Position numbers and translations under genes: made by a program. 64,000 nt of DNA. Source: an uncultured Parachlamydiaceae bacterium (lineage in GTDB: Bacteria; Chlamydiota; Chlamydiia; Chlamydiales; Parachlamydiaceae). Where the stretch lies: positions 1 to 64,000 of the forward strand of contig CAVVXH010000002.1 of the NCBI GenBank assembly GCA_963752155.1, read 5' to 3'. The notes under the pieces are model-generated. The model ran no database searches. It had not been told where the DNA came from and saw nothing but the letters and a program-made list of their open reading frames with translations. Positions 48,945-58,499 of this stretch are shown piece by piece; within the stretch, counting starts at the first letter, position 1, and each line of letters begins with the position of its first letter.

Positions 48945-49982
48945 ATGATGAGCACTCACTCAAAATTAAATCCAATGAGCCAAGCGATACACGACAGCAA
49001 AAGTCAAAAACATCGGCAACTCCTTGGGCAATTGCAGGATCTTATAGCGTTTCTTAACAAAGTTGTCATGGGACAAGAAGAATTAGTCAATCGTTTAATT
49101 ATTGCTATCCTAGCCGATGGGCATCTCTTAGTCGAAGGGGCTCCAGGGTTAGCTAAGACTCGTGCGATTAAAGCATTAAGTCAGGGTATTCAAAGCAGTT
49201 TTCATCGTGTACAATTTACACCCGACCTTCTGCCTGCAGATCTCACAGGGACCGAAATCTATCGAATGGAAACGGGCAGTTTCGAATTCCAGCAGGGGCC
49301 TTTATTTCATAACTTAATTCTAGCAGATGAGATCAATCGTGCTCCAGCCAAAGTTCAATCAGCCCTTTTAGAAGCGATGGCAGAGCAACAAATCACTGTT
49401 GGTAAAAAAACTTACTCATTGCCAAAATTCTTTCTGGTGATGGCTACCCAAAATCCTATTGAGCAAGAAGGGACCTACCCTCTTCCAGAAGCACAACTCG
49501 ACAGATTTCTTTTAAAAGTTAACGTGGGCTATCCTGATCCTAAAAGAGAAATTGACATCTTAAATCTTGTTTTGAACGAGGCAAGTCACAGTGCCCCGGA
49601 ACATTCGACTTACGTCCGGAAATTGACTCAGGATGAACTTTTTGATGCTCGGGAAGCTGTCTTAGATATATTCATGGCCAAAAATATCCAAGAATATATT
49701 GTTCAACTCGTTTTGGCGACGCGCAATCCGGGAAAATATGGAAAAGAGTTTGCAGAATGGATTCAGTTTGGCGCTAGTCCTCGTGCAAGTATTGGTTTGG
49801 CTCGTTCCGCAAAAGCATTGGCTTTCTTGCAAGGAAGTGATTTTGTCGGTCCCGAACACGTACAAGCCCTGGCTCATGATGTGCTCCGTCATCGCATTAT
49901 TCTATCTTACCGAGCTGAAGCAGAAGGGGTTACTCCAGATCTCTGTATTAATGAACTGATTGCAAGAGTACCGGTGCCATAA
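48945..49982 (+). CDS. moxR: MoxR-family AAA+ ATPase
   Basis: GAPGLAKT, QFTPDLLPAD, DEINRA, ATQNPIEQEGTYPLPEAQLDRF. Confidence 0.96.
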   Translation: MMSTHSKLNPMSQAIHDSKSQKHRQLLGQLQDLIAFLNKVVMGQEELVNRLIIAILADGHLLVEGAPGLAKTRAIKALSQGIQSSFHRVQFTPDLLPADLTGTEIYRMETGSFEFQQGPLFHNLILADEINRAPAKVQSALLEAMAEQQITVGKKTYSLPKFFLVMATQNPIEQEGTYPLPEAQLDRFLLKVNVGYPDPKREIDILNLVLNEASHSAPEHSTYVRKLTQDELFDAREAVLDIFMAKNIQEYIVQLVLATRNPGKYGKEFAEWIQFGASPRASIGLARSAKALAFLQGSDFVGPEHVQALAHDVLRHRIILSYRAEAEGVTPDLCINELIARVPVP

Positions 49983-49983
49983 A

Positions 49984-50916
49984 ATGATAAGCTTACAGAA
50001 AAAACGAACAGGCCTGCAATGCGTCTCTGTTGAGCTTTCAGAATTACTTCAGCTGGCAAGCAGTGCAAGGCAATTGAAATTATCAGCTCTACGCTTTGGC
50101 AGATCCCAAGGGGGCCAAAACTTGTCTCGATTTTTGGGACGTGGAATGGAGTTTGCAGAAAGTAGGCTCTATCTTGCCGGAGATGACATCAGAAATATCG
50201 ATTGGCGAGTGACAGCGCGTACTGGAAAAGCCCACACAAAGCTCTTTACAGTTGAAAAAGAAAGAGAAGTTTTGTTATGGGTCGACATGCGAGCATCAAT
50301 GCATTTCGCGACTCAGGGATCTTTTAAGTCTGTTCAGGCTGCTTTATTAGCGGGTTATATTTCGTGGAATGCCATACAAACAGGGAATCGTTTAGGCGGC
50401 ATGATCTTTGATGATTCTGGTCATATTGAATTTCGGCCAAAACTTGGGAAAAGGGGTCTACTGCCATTCTTGCAAGGAATTGCTGAAAAAACAACCTATA
50501 AGGAGAACTCAAATAAATCTTCCACCTGTTCTTCGATGGATGGACCGCTTGCCGGAATTACTCAAGTGGCTAATTCTGGAAGTTTAATCTTTGTCATCAG
50601 CGACTTTCGCAATCTCACTGCTGATGCCGAAGATCAATTGATTCAAGTCTCAAAATATTGCGATCTCTGTTTATGTTTTCTCTATGACCCTTTCGAGGCC
50701 TCTTTACCCAAAAACGGTTATTTTCCTGTTACTGATGGAATAGGTGAACTCCAATTAAATACGTTCAATAGACGTAGTTTAGAACAATACGAACAACAAT
50801 TTATGCAGCGCAAAAATAAAGTTGAATCGTTGACAAGACAACGACACGTTCATTTCATCGAATGCAGTACTCACGATGACTGTTTCGAGTTACTCAGCAA
50901 AAATTTTTGTAAGTAA
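49984..50916 (+). CDS. DUF58 protein
   Basis: GMEFAESRLY..GDDIRNIDWRVTAR. Confidence 0.93.
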   Translation: MISLQKKRTGLQCVSVELSELLQLASSARQLKLSALRFGRSQGGQNLSRFLGRGMEFAESRLYLAGDDIRNIDWRVTARTGKAHTKLFTVEKEREVLLWVDMRASMHFATQGSFKSVQAALLAGYISWNAIQTGNRLGGMIFDDSGHIEFRPKLGKRGLLPFLQGIAEKTTYKENSNKSSTCSSMDGPLAGITQVANSGSLIFVISDFRNLTADAEDQLIQVSKYCDLCLCFLYDPFEASLPKNGYFPVTDGIGELQLNTFNRRSLEQYEQQFMQRKNKVESLTRQRHVHFIECSTHDDCFELLSKNFCK

Positions 50917-50928
50917 AAGGAGGCAGCT

Positions 50929-51429
50929 TTGAATCGTTCCACACTCGCATCCATGCCTTCTTTAACGGAGCTTCCTCTAAGAGATATACATCTACCGTCT
51001 CCTATCTCTTGGTGGCCTCCTGCACTAGGTTGGTGGATCTTGTTTGCCGCATTCATCCTTATCTTGTTGATGGCTATTTTTTTCATTTGGTACTACTTTA
51101 AACCTACCTTGAAAAAGCAGGCTAAAAAGCAATTATGTGCTCTTGAAAATGGGTTACAACGTACAGGAAATGCCTCACATTGTCTCTCCGAAATTTCGAT
51201 CTTTTTGCGAAGCACTGTTCTTAGTCAGAAAGATCCAATGCCTCCTGCAAGTCTTGCAGGCCTTACCGGAGTCGCCTGGCTGACATTTTTAGATCAAACT
51301 CTAGAGACTCCTGAATTCAGTCAAGGCGTCGGTAAAATTCTATTAAAAGGTCCCTATCAGCCCCATGCTGAACAAGAGGACGTCATTCAATTAATTCAAC
51401 TTTGCCATAAATGGGTGGATCGGCTGTGA
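50929..51429 (+). CDS. DUF4381 protein
   Basis: LRDIHLP..ISWWPPALGWW. Confidence 0.88.
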   Translation: MNRSTLASMPSLTELPLRDIHLPSPISWWPPALGWWILFAAFILILLMAIFFIWYYFKPTLKKQAKKQLCALENGLQRTGNASHCLSEISIFLRSTVLSQKDPMPPASLAGLTGVAWLTFLDQTLETPEFSQGVGKILLKGPYQPHAEQEDVIQLIQLCHKWVDRL

Positions 51430-52412
51430 TACAATTTGCTTGGCCTTACATATTTTTACTTAGTTTAGCTCCATGGGTCATTTATAGATTTTTGCCCCCA
51501 ATTCAATCAAATGAGAATGCGGCTTTGCGTGTGCCTGCAATGAAGGACTTCTCAATTATTCAATTTTCATCGCAAAATTCCTCCTCCATTTTGAAAAAAG
51601 GCTTTATTTTTCTCATCTGGCTAGCCTTGCTTATTTCAGCAGCCCGTCCGCAATGGGTGGGAAAGATCATCGAAATCCCTCAAAGTGGCCGAGACTTAAT
51701 GTTGGCTGTGGATTTATCAGGAAGTATGCAAATCAAAGATTTCAAAATCAAAGGGAAATTGACCGATCGTTTAACAGCCGTCAAAGTGATTGCAAGTGAT
51801 TTTATCGACAGACGCATTGGTGATCGGATAGGACTCATTTTATTTGGATCTCAGGCCTATCTACAAACGCCTTTAACCTTTGATCGATCAACTGTAAAGC
51901 AGTTGCTCATGGAAACTGCGGTGGGTCTAGCCGGCACTGAAACCGCTATGGGAGATGCTATTGGATTAGCCACTAAACAACTGCGTAGTACTCCACAGGA
52001 AAGCCGAGTGTTGATTTTAATTACAGATGGTAATAGTAATGCTGGAGAATTGACCCCTGCAAAGGCGGCAGAACTGGCTGAACATGAAAATTTAAAAATT
52101 CATACGATTGCTATTGGCGGGATGGAACAGCACATTCAAACACCGATGGGACAAATGTTGGTTCCCTCTGCAGAAATCGACGAAAAAACCTTGAAGCTCG
52201 TGGCAGAAAAAACAGGTGGAAATTATTTTCGCGCTTATAACACAGATGAGCTAGTCAAGATTTACCACCATATCGATCAGTTAGAAAAACGAGAGGAGGC
52301 AAATCAATACTATAGGCCTACCGAGGAGATGTATCAATGGCCTTTAATCGCTGCCCTCATCGGTTTAGGAGGATTGATGTTTTATGAATGGGTTCTTAGG
52401 AGGCAACGATGA
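51426..52412 (+). CDS. batA: VWA protein BatA-like
   Basis: MIDAS DLSGSM, TAMGDAI, LITDG; start uncertain. Confidence 0.88.
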   Translation: MIQFAWPYIFLLSLAPWVIYRFLPPIQSNENAALRVPAMKDFSIIQFSSQNSSSILKKGFIFLIWLALLISAARPQWVGKIIEIPQSGRDLMLAVDLSGSMQIKDFKIKGKLTDRLTAVKVIASDFIDRRIGDRIGLILFGSQAYLQTPLTFDRSTVKQLLMETAVGLAGTETAMGDAIGLATKQLRSTPQESRVLILITDGNSNAGELTPAKAAELAEHENLKIHTIAIGGMEQHIQTPMGQMLVPSAEIDEKTLKLVAEKTGGNYFRAYNTDELVKIYHHIDQLEKREEANQYYRPTEEMYQWPLIAALIGLGGLMFYEWVLRRQR

Positions 52413-54259
52413 ACGATTTTCATTTTTTACGCCCTACTCTATTTTGGCTGATCATTCCTTTTTTAGGACTCTTGTTTTTGTTAATCCGTTGCAACCGCGA
52501 TGGGAGCGTCTGGAACAAAGTTTGTTCTAAAGATTTACTTCCTTACATTCTTGTAAGAAAAGCAAAAAGTCATTTTCTTTCTTACTTCTTGATTTTAGTA
52601 ACACTTATTTTGTTGATGATTGCTTTAGCTGGCCCGACATGGCAAACGATCCCTCAAAAGCTCTTTAAATCAAAATCAGGCCTTGTGATTGCTTTGGATT
52701 TGTCTCCTTCCATGGATGCCGGAGACATTAAACCGTCACGCCTTAAAAGGGCGCTTTACAAAATCAATGACCTCCTCAATATACGTAAAGAAGGTCAGAC
52801 AGCATTGCTCGTCTTTTCTGACAACCCCTTTGTTGTGACCCCGTTGACAGATGATTTGGGAACCATCAAAGCCTTGCTTCCATCCTTAGACACAACGATC
52901 ATGCCCTCGGCAGGTCATCGTGTAAGTAAAGCCATTTCAAAAGCCTACGATTTACTTATTCAGGCTGGATTGTCGGACGGAACCATTTTGCTTATCACTT
53001 CAGAGTTGTCATCAGAAGAACTCAACAAATCGATGGAGTTTGCAACTCAACATGGTGTGAAAATTGCAGTTTTAGGTGTGGGTACAGAAGAAAGTGTTCC
53101 CATTCCAAAACCAAATGGAGGGTTTGTTACTGATTCCAAGGGCGCTTTGGTCATAACAACGTTAGCAAATGAAAACTTATCTCGTCTGGCAAAATCAGCT
53201 CATGGCAAATATGTAAAAATCAGTGTAGATGATAGCGATCTCAACACATTAAATAATCTCTTCACAGGAGGGCATCAACCCGATTCCCAGGACGAGATCC
53301 AAAATGCACAGGCAAAATGGCATGATCAAGGCTATTTATTCGTTCTTTTAGCACTGCCATTTGTTGCACTGCTCTTTCGTCGTGGAGTCGCGGGAGTCAT
53401 ATTGTTATTTATCCCACAACTCTTACAGGCTTCTACTTCTACTTCTAGTTCTTTATGGAAAACCCCTGATCAAGAAGCCGAACAATGTTTTCATCAGGAA
53501 AATTATCAACAAGCTAAAGAATTGTTTCAAGATCCTGACTGGTTGGGTGCAGCGCATTATCGTCTGCAAGATTATGAGGCAGCAGCCAATTTGTTCGAAA
53601 AGAATGGAACTACAGAGGGATTATTTAACTATGCTACTGCTAAAGCTAAATTAGGCGATTTCAAAAAGGCTCTTGAGATATATGAAGAGGTCCTAAAAAA
53701 ACAACCAGGCCATGAAGATGCTTTGTATAATAAAAACCTCATCGAAGAGTTCTTAAAACAACAACAGCAAGATCAACAAAATCAATCGCAAGATCAGGAC
53801 CAAAAGGAAAATCAATCCAATAAAAATAATCAGCAAGATTCAGGTTCTGAAGAAAAAGATCATTCTGAATCTAATTCTAAAGATTCTCAACAAAATAAAG
53901 ATCAAGATTCTCAGGATTCTAAACAACAGGATTCTCAAGACTCCTCTGACGAAAAACAAAAAAATAATGGTAAAGATCAAGATGTAAAAGAAAGTTCATC
54001 AGATACAAAGGATTTGCAAGAGCAATATCGCGATCAGATGAACGAAAAAATGCAACAACAAGATCAACAACCCTCTGACAAGGAAAATGGCAAAGACAAA
54101 TCAGAGCGAGAGGAGATGACTCCAGAAGAACAACAACGACAGATGGATGATCGATGGCTACAACGGATTCCGGATGATCCAGGTGGATTGCTACGACGTA
54201 AATTTCTTTACCAGTATAAAAATCAAATTCAAGAAAAAAATTCAGGCACTGTCAGATAA
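52409..54259 (+). CDS. VWA + TPR protein (BatB/BatC-like fusion)
   Basis: DLSPSM, TPR segment, Q/D/S-rich linker, WLQRIPDDPGGLLRRKF. Confidence 0.88.
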   Translation: MNDFHFLRPTLFWLIIPFLGLLFLLIRCNRDGSVWNKVCSKDLLPYILVRKAKSHFLSYFLILVTLILLMIALAGPTWQTIPQKLFKSKSGLVIALDLSPSMDAGDIKPSRLKRALYKINDLLNIRKEGQTALLVFSDNPFVVTPLTDDLGTIKALLPSLDTTIMPSAGHRVSKAISKAYDLLIQAGLSDGTILLITSELSSEELNKSMEFATQHGVKIAVLGVGTEESVPIPKPNGGFVTDSKGALVITTLANENLSRLAKSAHGKYVKISVDDSDLNTLNNLFTGGHQPDSQDEIQNAQAKWHDQGYLFVLLALPFVALLFRRGVAGVILLFIPQLLQASTSTSSSLWKTPDQEAEQCFHQENYQQAKELFQDPDWLGAAHYRLQDYEAAANLFEKNGTTEGLFNYATAKAKLGDFKKALEIYEEVLKKQPGHEDALYNKNLIEEFLKQQQQDQQNQSQDQDQKENQSNKNNQQDSGSEEKDHSESNSKDSQQNKDQDSQDSKQQDSQDSSDEKQKNNGKDQDVKESSSDTKDLQEQYRDQMNEKMQQQDQQPSDKENGKDKSEREEMTPEEQQRQMDDRWLQRIPDDPGGLLRRKFLYQYKNQIQEKNSGTVR

Positions 54260-54274
54260 CGTAAGGTATAAACT

Positions 54275-55897
54275 ATGAGAAAACAAATTTGCATTTACTT
54301 TTTGAGTGCATGGTGCAGTTTATTTCAGTTATGTGCAGAGATTACGCTCACGCTTGATAGGACGACTATAGGCTTTGATGAGGCTATCACAGCTAATTTT
54401 TCGTCGAATAGTTCCTTTAAAGGCCAGCCAGACTTTAAACCTCTGACAACTGATTTTGAAATTATATCAACCTCTCAAAATTATATGACTTCATCTATTA
54501 ACGGTAAAACGACCCTTGAGACATGTTATCAGCTTATCCTTAGACCAAAGCATGTTGGACACTTAATCATTCCTCCTATTTGGTTTGGAAATGAGCAATC
54601 TCCTCATAAAACGATCGAAGTCACAAATATGACTACAGCTAAACCTGATAACACACTTTTCCTTGAAACAAAGATAACCACTTCTCAACCTACCTATCCG
54701 CAAACTCAGATCATCTATACTGTTCGATTATTCCGAGCAGTCAATTTAGCTCAAGCAGGCCTCTCAGAGGTTAAAGTGAATGATTCAGACGCTATCATTG
54801 AAAAGTTAGGCAAAGATGCTGAATATGAATACATTCATCCAAATGGAATTAGATATATCGTTCTTGAACGTAGGTATGGGGTTTTTCCTCAACGTGAAGG
54901 AGAGCTGATTTTTTCACCTATAGTCTTTGAAGGGCAGGTGATTAAGGGGGGAAATTCCTTTTTTAACATGCATGCAGAATTCAAGCGTGTGACTTCGAAT
55001 ATTGAAAAAGTCACTGTTGCAGCCATTCCAGCACCGTTTCAAAAAAATGACTGGTTTGCGGCCAAAGATCTCAATTTAATTGAAGAGTGGTCTGCGAATC
55101 CGGAAAAAATAAATGTGGGAGAACCCATTACTTGGACCTTGACACTCACAGCTGAGGGATGTTTGGGCTCTCAAATTCCTGATATAACTTACAATTTGCC
55201 TTCAGGCGTAAAACAGTATATTGATAAACCTGAAGTTAGTAATAGCTCGGCTGCTAAAGGGTTTATCGGTCTTCGAAAAATTAAAACAGCATTGATTGCC
55301 ACCAAACCAGGGGAACTTATTCTACCGGAACTAACGGTCAAATGGTGGGATCTCAATACGAATCAATTGAGATATACCCACCTGCCAAGCAGGACAATTC
55401 AAGTTCAAGAGGGGGCTGTGGCTATGGAAACCCCATCCCTCGTTCAAGTTCCAAAACAAATTGAGATCGATACAGAGAAAGAGCCTGAAGCAAATACAGC
55501 AAAAAATGAAATTTCTACAGTTTTGCCTGGATGGGCATGGGGTTTAATTGGATTAAACAGTATTTGGATGATCCTCTTGTTCAAAAAAATCTATGAAAAA
55601 TTTTCGAGAAAATTCTGTAAAGATGAAAAAGATACCTTTTCAAAGAGGCAGGTAAAATCGCTTTTAAAGCAAGCTTGCCAGGAAAACAATGCTAAGCAGG
55701 CAGAGATTTACCTCCTCTCATGGACAAAACATCTATTTCCGGAGAATAACGTGACAAACCTCGCGCAAATCATCCATTACTTTCCTTCCCCAATGGATGG
55801 AGCTATCAATGAACTTAATCGAGCTTTGTATGGTCAAATGGATGCATCTTGGGAAGGCAAATCGTTATGGAATGCGTTAACAAGATGCAAACTGTAG
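54275..55897 (+). CDS. batD: BatD-like protein
   Basis: Signal peptide, Ig-like repeats, VGEPIT, WWD, C-terminal TM; operon context. Confidence 0.85.
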   Translation: MRKQICIYFLSAWCSLFQLCAEITLTLDRTTIGFDEAITANFSSNSSFKGQPDFKPLTTDFEIISTSQNYMTSSINGKTTLETCYQLILRPKHVGHLIIPPIWFGNEQSPHKTIEVTNMTTAKPDNTLFLETKITTSQPTYPQTQIIYTVRLFRAVNLAQAGLSEVKVNDSDAIIEKLGKDAEYEYIHPNGIRYIVLERRYGVFPQREGELIFSPIVFEGQVIKGGNSFFNMHAEFKRVTSNIEKVTVAAIPAPFQKNDWFAAKDLNLIEEWSANPEKINVGEPITWTLTLTAEGCLGSQIPDITYNLPSGVKQYIDKPEVSNSSAAKGFIGLRKIKTALIATKPGELILPELTVKWWDLNTNQLRYTHLPSRTIQVQEGAVAMETPSLVQVPKQIEIDTEKEPEANTAKNEISTVLPGWAWGLIGLNSIWMILLFKKIYEKFSRKFCKDEKDTFSKRQVKSLLKQACQENNAKQAEIYLLSWTKHLFPENNVTNLAQIIHYFPSPMDGAINELNRALYGQMDASWEGKSLWNALTRCKL

Positions 55898-55953
55898 CGC
55901 CCCATCTGGGGGCTTTTGAGTAAATCTACCAAATATAAAAATTAAACTTAAAA

Positions 55954-56316
55954 TTAATTAGGAATGACCTTAAAGTCTTTTGGTGAAGTAAGATATAAAA
56001 AACGATTTTTCTTTTCAGGCGTCCCTTGAATGGATATGCTGCATTCATCTCTATGAGCATCGCATGCCCGACGATATTGTTCAATTGTTAAAGGAATTCT
56101 AATAGAAGTAAATTTTCCTTTTTCATTTTCCCAGTTTACAATTATTAGTCTTGAATCTTCTTTTATTCCATTTTCTGATTCTTCTAAATCGTCTTCAGTC
56201 AATGAGCTATCCGCTTGTAATTGAATAATTCGACCTTGAATAACAATTTCTTCAGATTCTGAACAAGTTCTAAGTGTCTTAAATGACTGTTCAGTATGAC
56301 AGCGCTTTGAGCGCAA
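55954..56316 (-). pseudogene. Probable C-terminal gene remnant
   Basis: Protein-like ORF with a non-ATG start and no clear RBS. Confidence 0.4.
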
Positions 56317-56500
56317 CTGAGTATTTGGATTTTATCATACCCATAAGGTTTTTATGTCAAAGAACCATTAAGCCTGTCAGATCATAAGCCAACTCATTCA
56401 ATAGCAGAAGCCCCGCATACGTGATGTGCAAGATGTTATTTTTAAATATTCAAATGTGCACTTTGACGTCAATCAGAGTAGCACTTTTTATATATTATTT

Positions 56501-57049
56501 TTATTTTTTTAATGAAAGAGGTATGTTATGACTATTAACCAGTTGTTTCGCAATTAAATTAAAGATCTCAGGCAAAAAAACTTCCATGGAGCAATTTTTA
56601 TCTAGTTTTGCTAAATGCAAATGCTTGAATCCGGAAAGCATGTCAAACCATTCTTTAATTTGTGATGCTTTTAGGGAAGGGCCATCTCCGATAGGATGGT
56701 AACCTTTTCCAAAATATTTACATTTTGCTAACCGTGCCAAATGTGCAAAAGCTTGATTTTCAACCTGAACTTGAGCTGCTTTAGTTCCCAAAAGATTGGA
56801 TATTTCTTCACTTTTAATTAGTTGAATTTTATAGTTTCCTAATTGTTGTAACGATAGATTCATCATCCTTGGACAGTAATAGGATAATTTTCCTTCAAAA
56901 TCCATAAGATTACAGCAACAAGGATCAAATGCAGCATCCAAGCGACTAATGACTTTATGGGGTCCTTTCTTATCTTCAGATAATGTATTGGTTTCAAAAA
57001 GAATCCATTGACCAGGAACTAAACTTTCGGGTCCTATATAAGCTGACAT
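56501..57049 (-). CDS. Hypothetical protein, tandem paralogue 1
   Basis: AGGAG RBS; similar to 57106-57636. Confidence 0.8.
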   Translation of the reverse strand: MSAYIGPESLVPGQWILFETNTLSEDKKGPHKVISRLDAAFDPCCCNLMDFEGKLSYYCPRMMNLSLQQLGNYKIQLIKSEEISNLLGTKAAQVQVENQAFAHLARLAKCKYFGKGYHPIGDGPSLKASQIKEWFDMLSGFKHLHLAKLDKNCSMEVFLPEIFNLIAKQLVNSHNIPLSLKK

Positions 57050-57105
57050 AAACTCTCCTTTAAATACGACTATTTTTGTCTGATTTTTTAATTCCTATAT
57101 TACCT

Positions 57106-57636
57106 TTATTTTTTTACTGAAAAGGGTATACTATGATTATTAACCAGTTGTTTTGCAATTAAATTAAAGATCTCAGAAAAAAAGAAATACATAGAGCAAT
57201 TTTTATCTTGTTTTGCTAAATACAACTGCTTGAATCCGGAAAGCAGGTCAAACCACTCTTTAATTTCTAATTCATCTAAGACTTTGTTAGGGTCAATCGG
57301 ATGAAAACACAATCCAAAATCGCTTTTGCGTGCTATCCTTTCTAAGTGAGTAAGAGCGAAATCATTTACAATCTTATTTTTATCTCCTAAAGAGACTAGT
57401 ATTTCTTCTTTAGTAAATAATATCATCTTATATTCTTCCTTCAAAGAGTCACCATCTACAGTTCGAGATGTAAAATCATAAGAGATTAATTTTCCTTCGA
57501 CATTCATAAGAGTGTAGATGTAAGTATAGAGAGGTTTGATAATAACTTTATAGGGTCCTTTCTTATCTTCAGTTAATTGATTAGTTTCAAATGCAATCCA
57601 TTGGCCTGGACATAAGCTATTTGGTGGTATATACAT
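57106..57636 (-). CDS. Hypothetical protein, tandem paralogue 2
   Basis: Shares PGQWI.FETN.L.EDKKGP and IKEWFD.LSGFK...EIFNLIAKQLV with paralogue 1. Confidence 0.8.
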   Translation of the reverse strand: MYIPPNSLCPGQWIAFETNQLTEDKKGPYKVIIKPLYTYIYTLMNVEGKLISYDFTSRTVDGDSLKEEYKMILFTKEEILVSLGDKNKIVNDFALTHLERIARKSDFGLCFHPIDPNKVLDELEIKEWFDLLSGFKQLYLAKQDKNCSMYFFFSEIFNLIAKQLVNNHSIPFSVKK

Positions 57637-57809
57637 GAATATAAATCCTTGTTTGTAACTTAATTCAAAGCATTTATAGCATAAATTGACTTTTCTAGTC
57701 AATGTTTTAAAATTCGATGGTTTAAAATTCGACCTTGAAATACTAAGAAAAATTAAACGCAAAGCTAGACAGTTGCCTGCAGCGCCCCTTATCGGGGAAT
57801 AACAAATTT

Positions 57810-58487
57810 TTAAAGCGCCTTGGCTAGAGCACGAGCTATCACCAAATCCTCAGGTGTCGTAATCTTCAAATTACGATGACAGCCTTCAACTAACTGAACC
57901 GGTAAACCCATCTGTTCAATCAATGAGGCATCATCTGTGACTGTCAAATGATGCCGATTGGCATACTCAAAGCCCTCTTGTAACAATGAATAACGTACAA
58001 TTTGTGGAGTTTGAATTTCCCAAAGAGAAGAACGATCAGGTGTACAAACCACTTGTTTGTGCACATTACTTTCTTTAATTGTAAATTTCACCGGCAAAGC
58101 CGCTACAGCAGCACCATGTTCTTCAGCTGCGAATGCTACTCGCTGCACTAAGGGGGCGGTGATGAACGGACGCGCCGCATCGTGTACACAAACTAAGATC
58201 GGATTAAGTAACAACTCTTGCAATCCATTATATACCGAATCCTGACGCCTCCTTCCCGGCATAGCAAAGCTAAGCTTCGCAGTACACTTATCAATAAAAA
58301 ATAAATGGCGATATTCAGGAGAACACACAATCACTATTTCAATGATCTCGGGCATAGAAATAAACACATCCAAACTATGCTGAACAATAGGTTTATCTTG
58401 TAAAGACAAAAATTGCTTTGGCACAGGAGTGCCCATACGAGAGCCAATACCGCCAGCTAATAAGACAGCCCCTATTTTTAGTGACAT
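57810..58487 (-). CDS. ispD: 2-C-methyl-D-erythritol 4-phosphate cytidylyltransferase
   Basis: AGGIGSRM..PKQF, VHDAARP, QTPQ, TDD, KITTPED. Confidence 0.96.
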   Translation of the reverse strand: MSLKIGAVLLAGGIGSRMGTPVPKQFLSLQDKPIVQHSLDVFISMPEIIEIVIVCSPEYRHLFFIDKCTAKLSFAMPGRRRQDSVYNGLQELLLNPILVCVHDAARPFITAPLVQRVAFAAEEHGAAVAALPVKFTIKESNVHKQVVCTPDRSSLWEIQTPQIVRYSLLQEGFEYANRHHLTVTDDASLIEQMGLPVQLVEGCHRNLKITTPEDLVIARALAKAL

Positions 58488-58499
58488 TTTCCCTCAGCT

